Of a stretch of DNA of 64,000 nt, positions 63,274 through 64,000 are shown one piece after another (the first letter of the stretch is position 1; each line of letters starts with the position of its first letter). Both the position numbers and the translations under genes were made by a program. The DNA is taken from contig CAVVMW010000006.1 of assembly GCA_963749495.1 (NCBI GenBank), positions 640,001 through 704,000 of the forward strand, in the 5' to 3' direction. This stretch comes from an uncultured bacterium. Its GTDB lineage: Bacteria; Verrucomicrobiota; Verrucomicrobiia; Limisphaerales; UBA8199. The notes under the pieces are model-generated. The model saw only the letters and a program-made list of their open reading frames with translations, had not been told where the DNA came from and made no database searches.

Positions 63274-64000
63274 ATGAAACGCTTTCTGTTATGCTGCATC
63301 CTCGGAGTGGCAACCACCGCGTCATCCCTTTCCGCCCACACCAACCTCTGGGATGAGTTGTTGGACGTAGTGGTCACACACATCGAGCGAGACGGCCCTG
63401 ACGCTGATGCCGCTCAGTTCATCAGCATGGCGCAAGGTCACTCTTGGGCGCGCCGCGAGGAGATGATTAAACGTGTCGGTCCGTTTCTGGCGGACACGAG
63501 CCCCGACAAAGTTGCTGGTGCAATCGAGATTCTATACCGATTTCGCGCGTATAGCCCGATGGAGTACCTCGGGGGCTTTGAGTCGGAGTCGAACAACGCG
63601 GCCTTCTTCGCGGACTTGGACAAGCAGGTGTATCCGCGCTTCGATCATTTCCGCAAGCTCAAGAGTGACCGGGTGTATCATGCCCTTGCGCTCTACCTCG
63701 GCGTGTCGCGCACCCCTCAAGCGAAGGGCGAACTGCTAGGGATCGCGCGCAGCCCTTTTGCAGTGGGCGCAAAGGAGCAGGCGCTAATATGCCTCGCATG
63801 GCATCGCGATCCAGCCGACATGGACACATTGCTGCCGTTCATGATGGAGGACTCACGGGCTGCCCGGCTCTTGCCGTACCATTTTCGAAACAGCTATGGA
63901 AAGCTCTCGATCCCGTCATTGGTGAAGGCCATACATGAAGGCAAGTCCGACGTGACTCGACAAGAAGCTGCATTGCAGCTCGTTTTCTTGGGCGTGGCGG
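63274..64000 (+). CDS. Secreted HEAT-repeat-like protein, 3'-partial
   Basis: MKRFLLCCILGVATTASSLSA; open to the window end; AKEQALICLAW and SIPSLVKAI...TRQEAALQL. Confidence 0.7.
   Translation, partial: MKRFLLCCILGVATTASSLSAHTNLWDELLDVVVTHIERDGPDADAAQFISMAQGHSWARREEMIKRVGPFLADTSPDKVAGAIEILYRFRAYSPMEYLGGFESESNNAAFFADLDKQVYPRFDHFRKLKSDRVYHALALYLGVSRTPQAKGELLGIARSPFAVGAKEQALICLAWHRDPADMDTLLPFMMEDSRAARLLPYHFRNSYGKLSIPSLVKAIHEGKSDVTRQEAALQLVFLGVA

Overview
GC-rich bacterial chromosomal window, probably Verrucomicrobiota (Pedosphaerales/Limisphaerales-like; inferred from protein style only). 1-11.7 kb is core DNA: 3' part of a giant repeat-rich surface protein, AraC HTH, MBL hydrolase, pdxH, ROK kinase and two tandem thymidylate-kinase-like genes. 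11.7-29.6 kb is an accessory island bracketed by two direct copies of a ~130-bp palindromic MITE. It holds an ORF-less group II intron whose empty site is also in the window, an RT-encoding group II intron with YADN instead of YADD, an IS4, many decayed Y1 HUH transposase units with GGGGTCA-type inverted ends, three IS91/ISCR oriIS-like ends, nested MITEs, GxxExxY genes and remnants, and lower-GC cargo (UDG-like, PD-(D/E)XK nuclease). 29.7-61 kb is housekeeping, transport and envelope genes (ubiE/menG, SSS, ABC, APC-USP, GT2s, flippase, TPR, LplA, nth, KamA, tadA, hydrolases) studded with 7-9-mer tandem arrays and REP-like palindromes. 61-64 kb holds a DUF433/PIN toxin-antitoxin pair, a dapF fragment and an empty inverted-repeat unit. 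About 15 single-base frameshifts in ordinary genes suggest long-read consensus errors. No rRNA, tRNA or CRISPR was recognised. All family calls come from motif recognition, not database searches.
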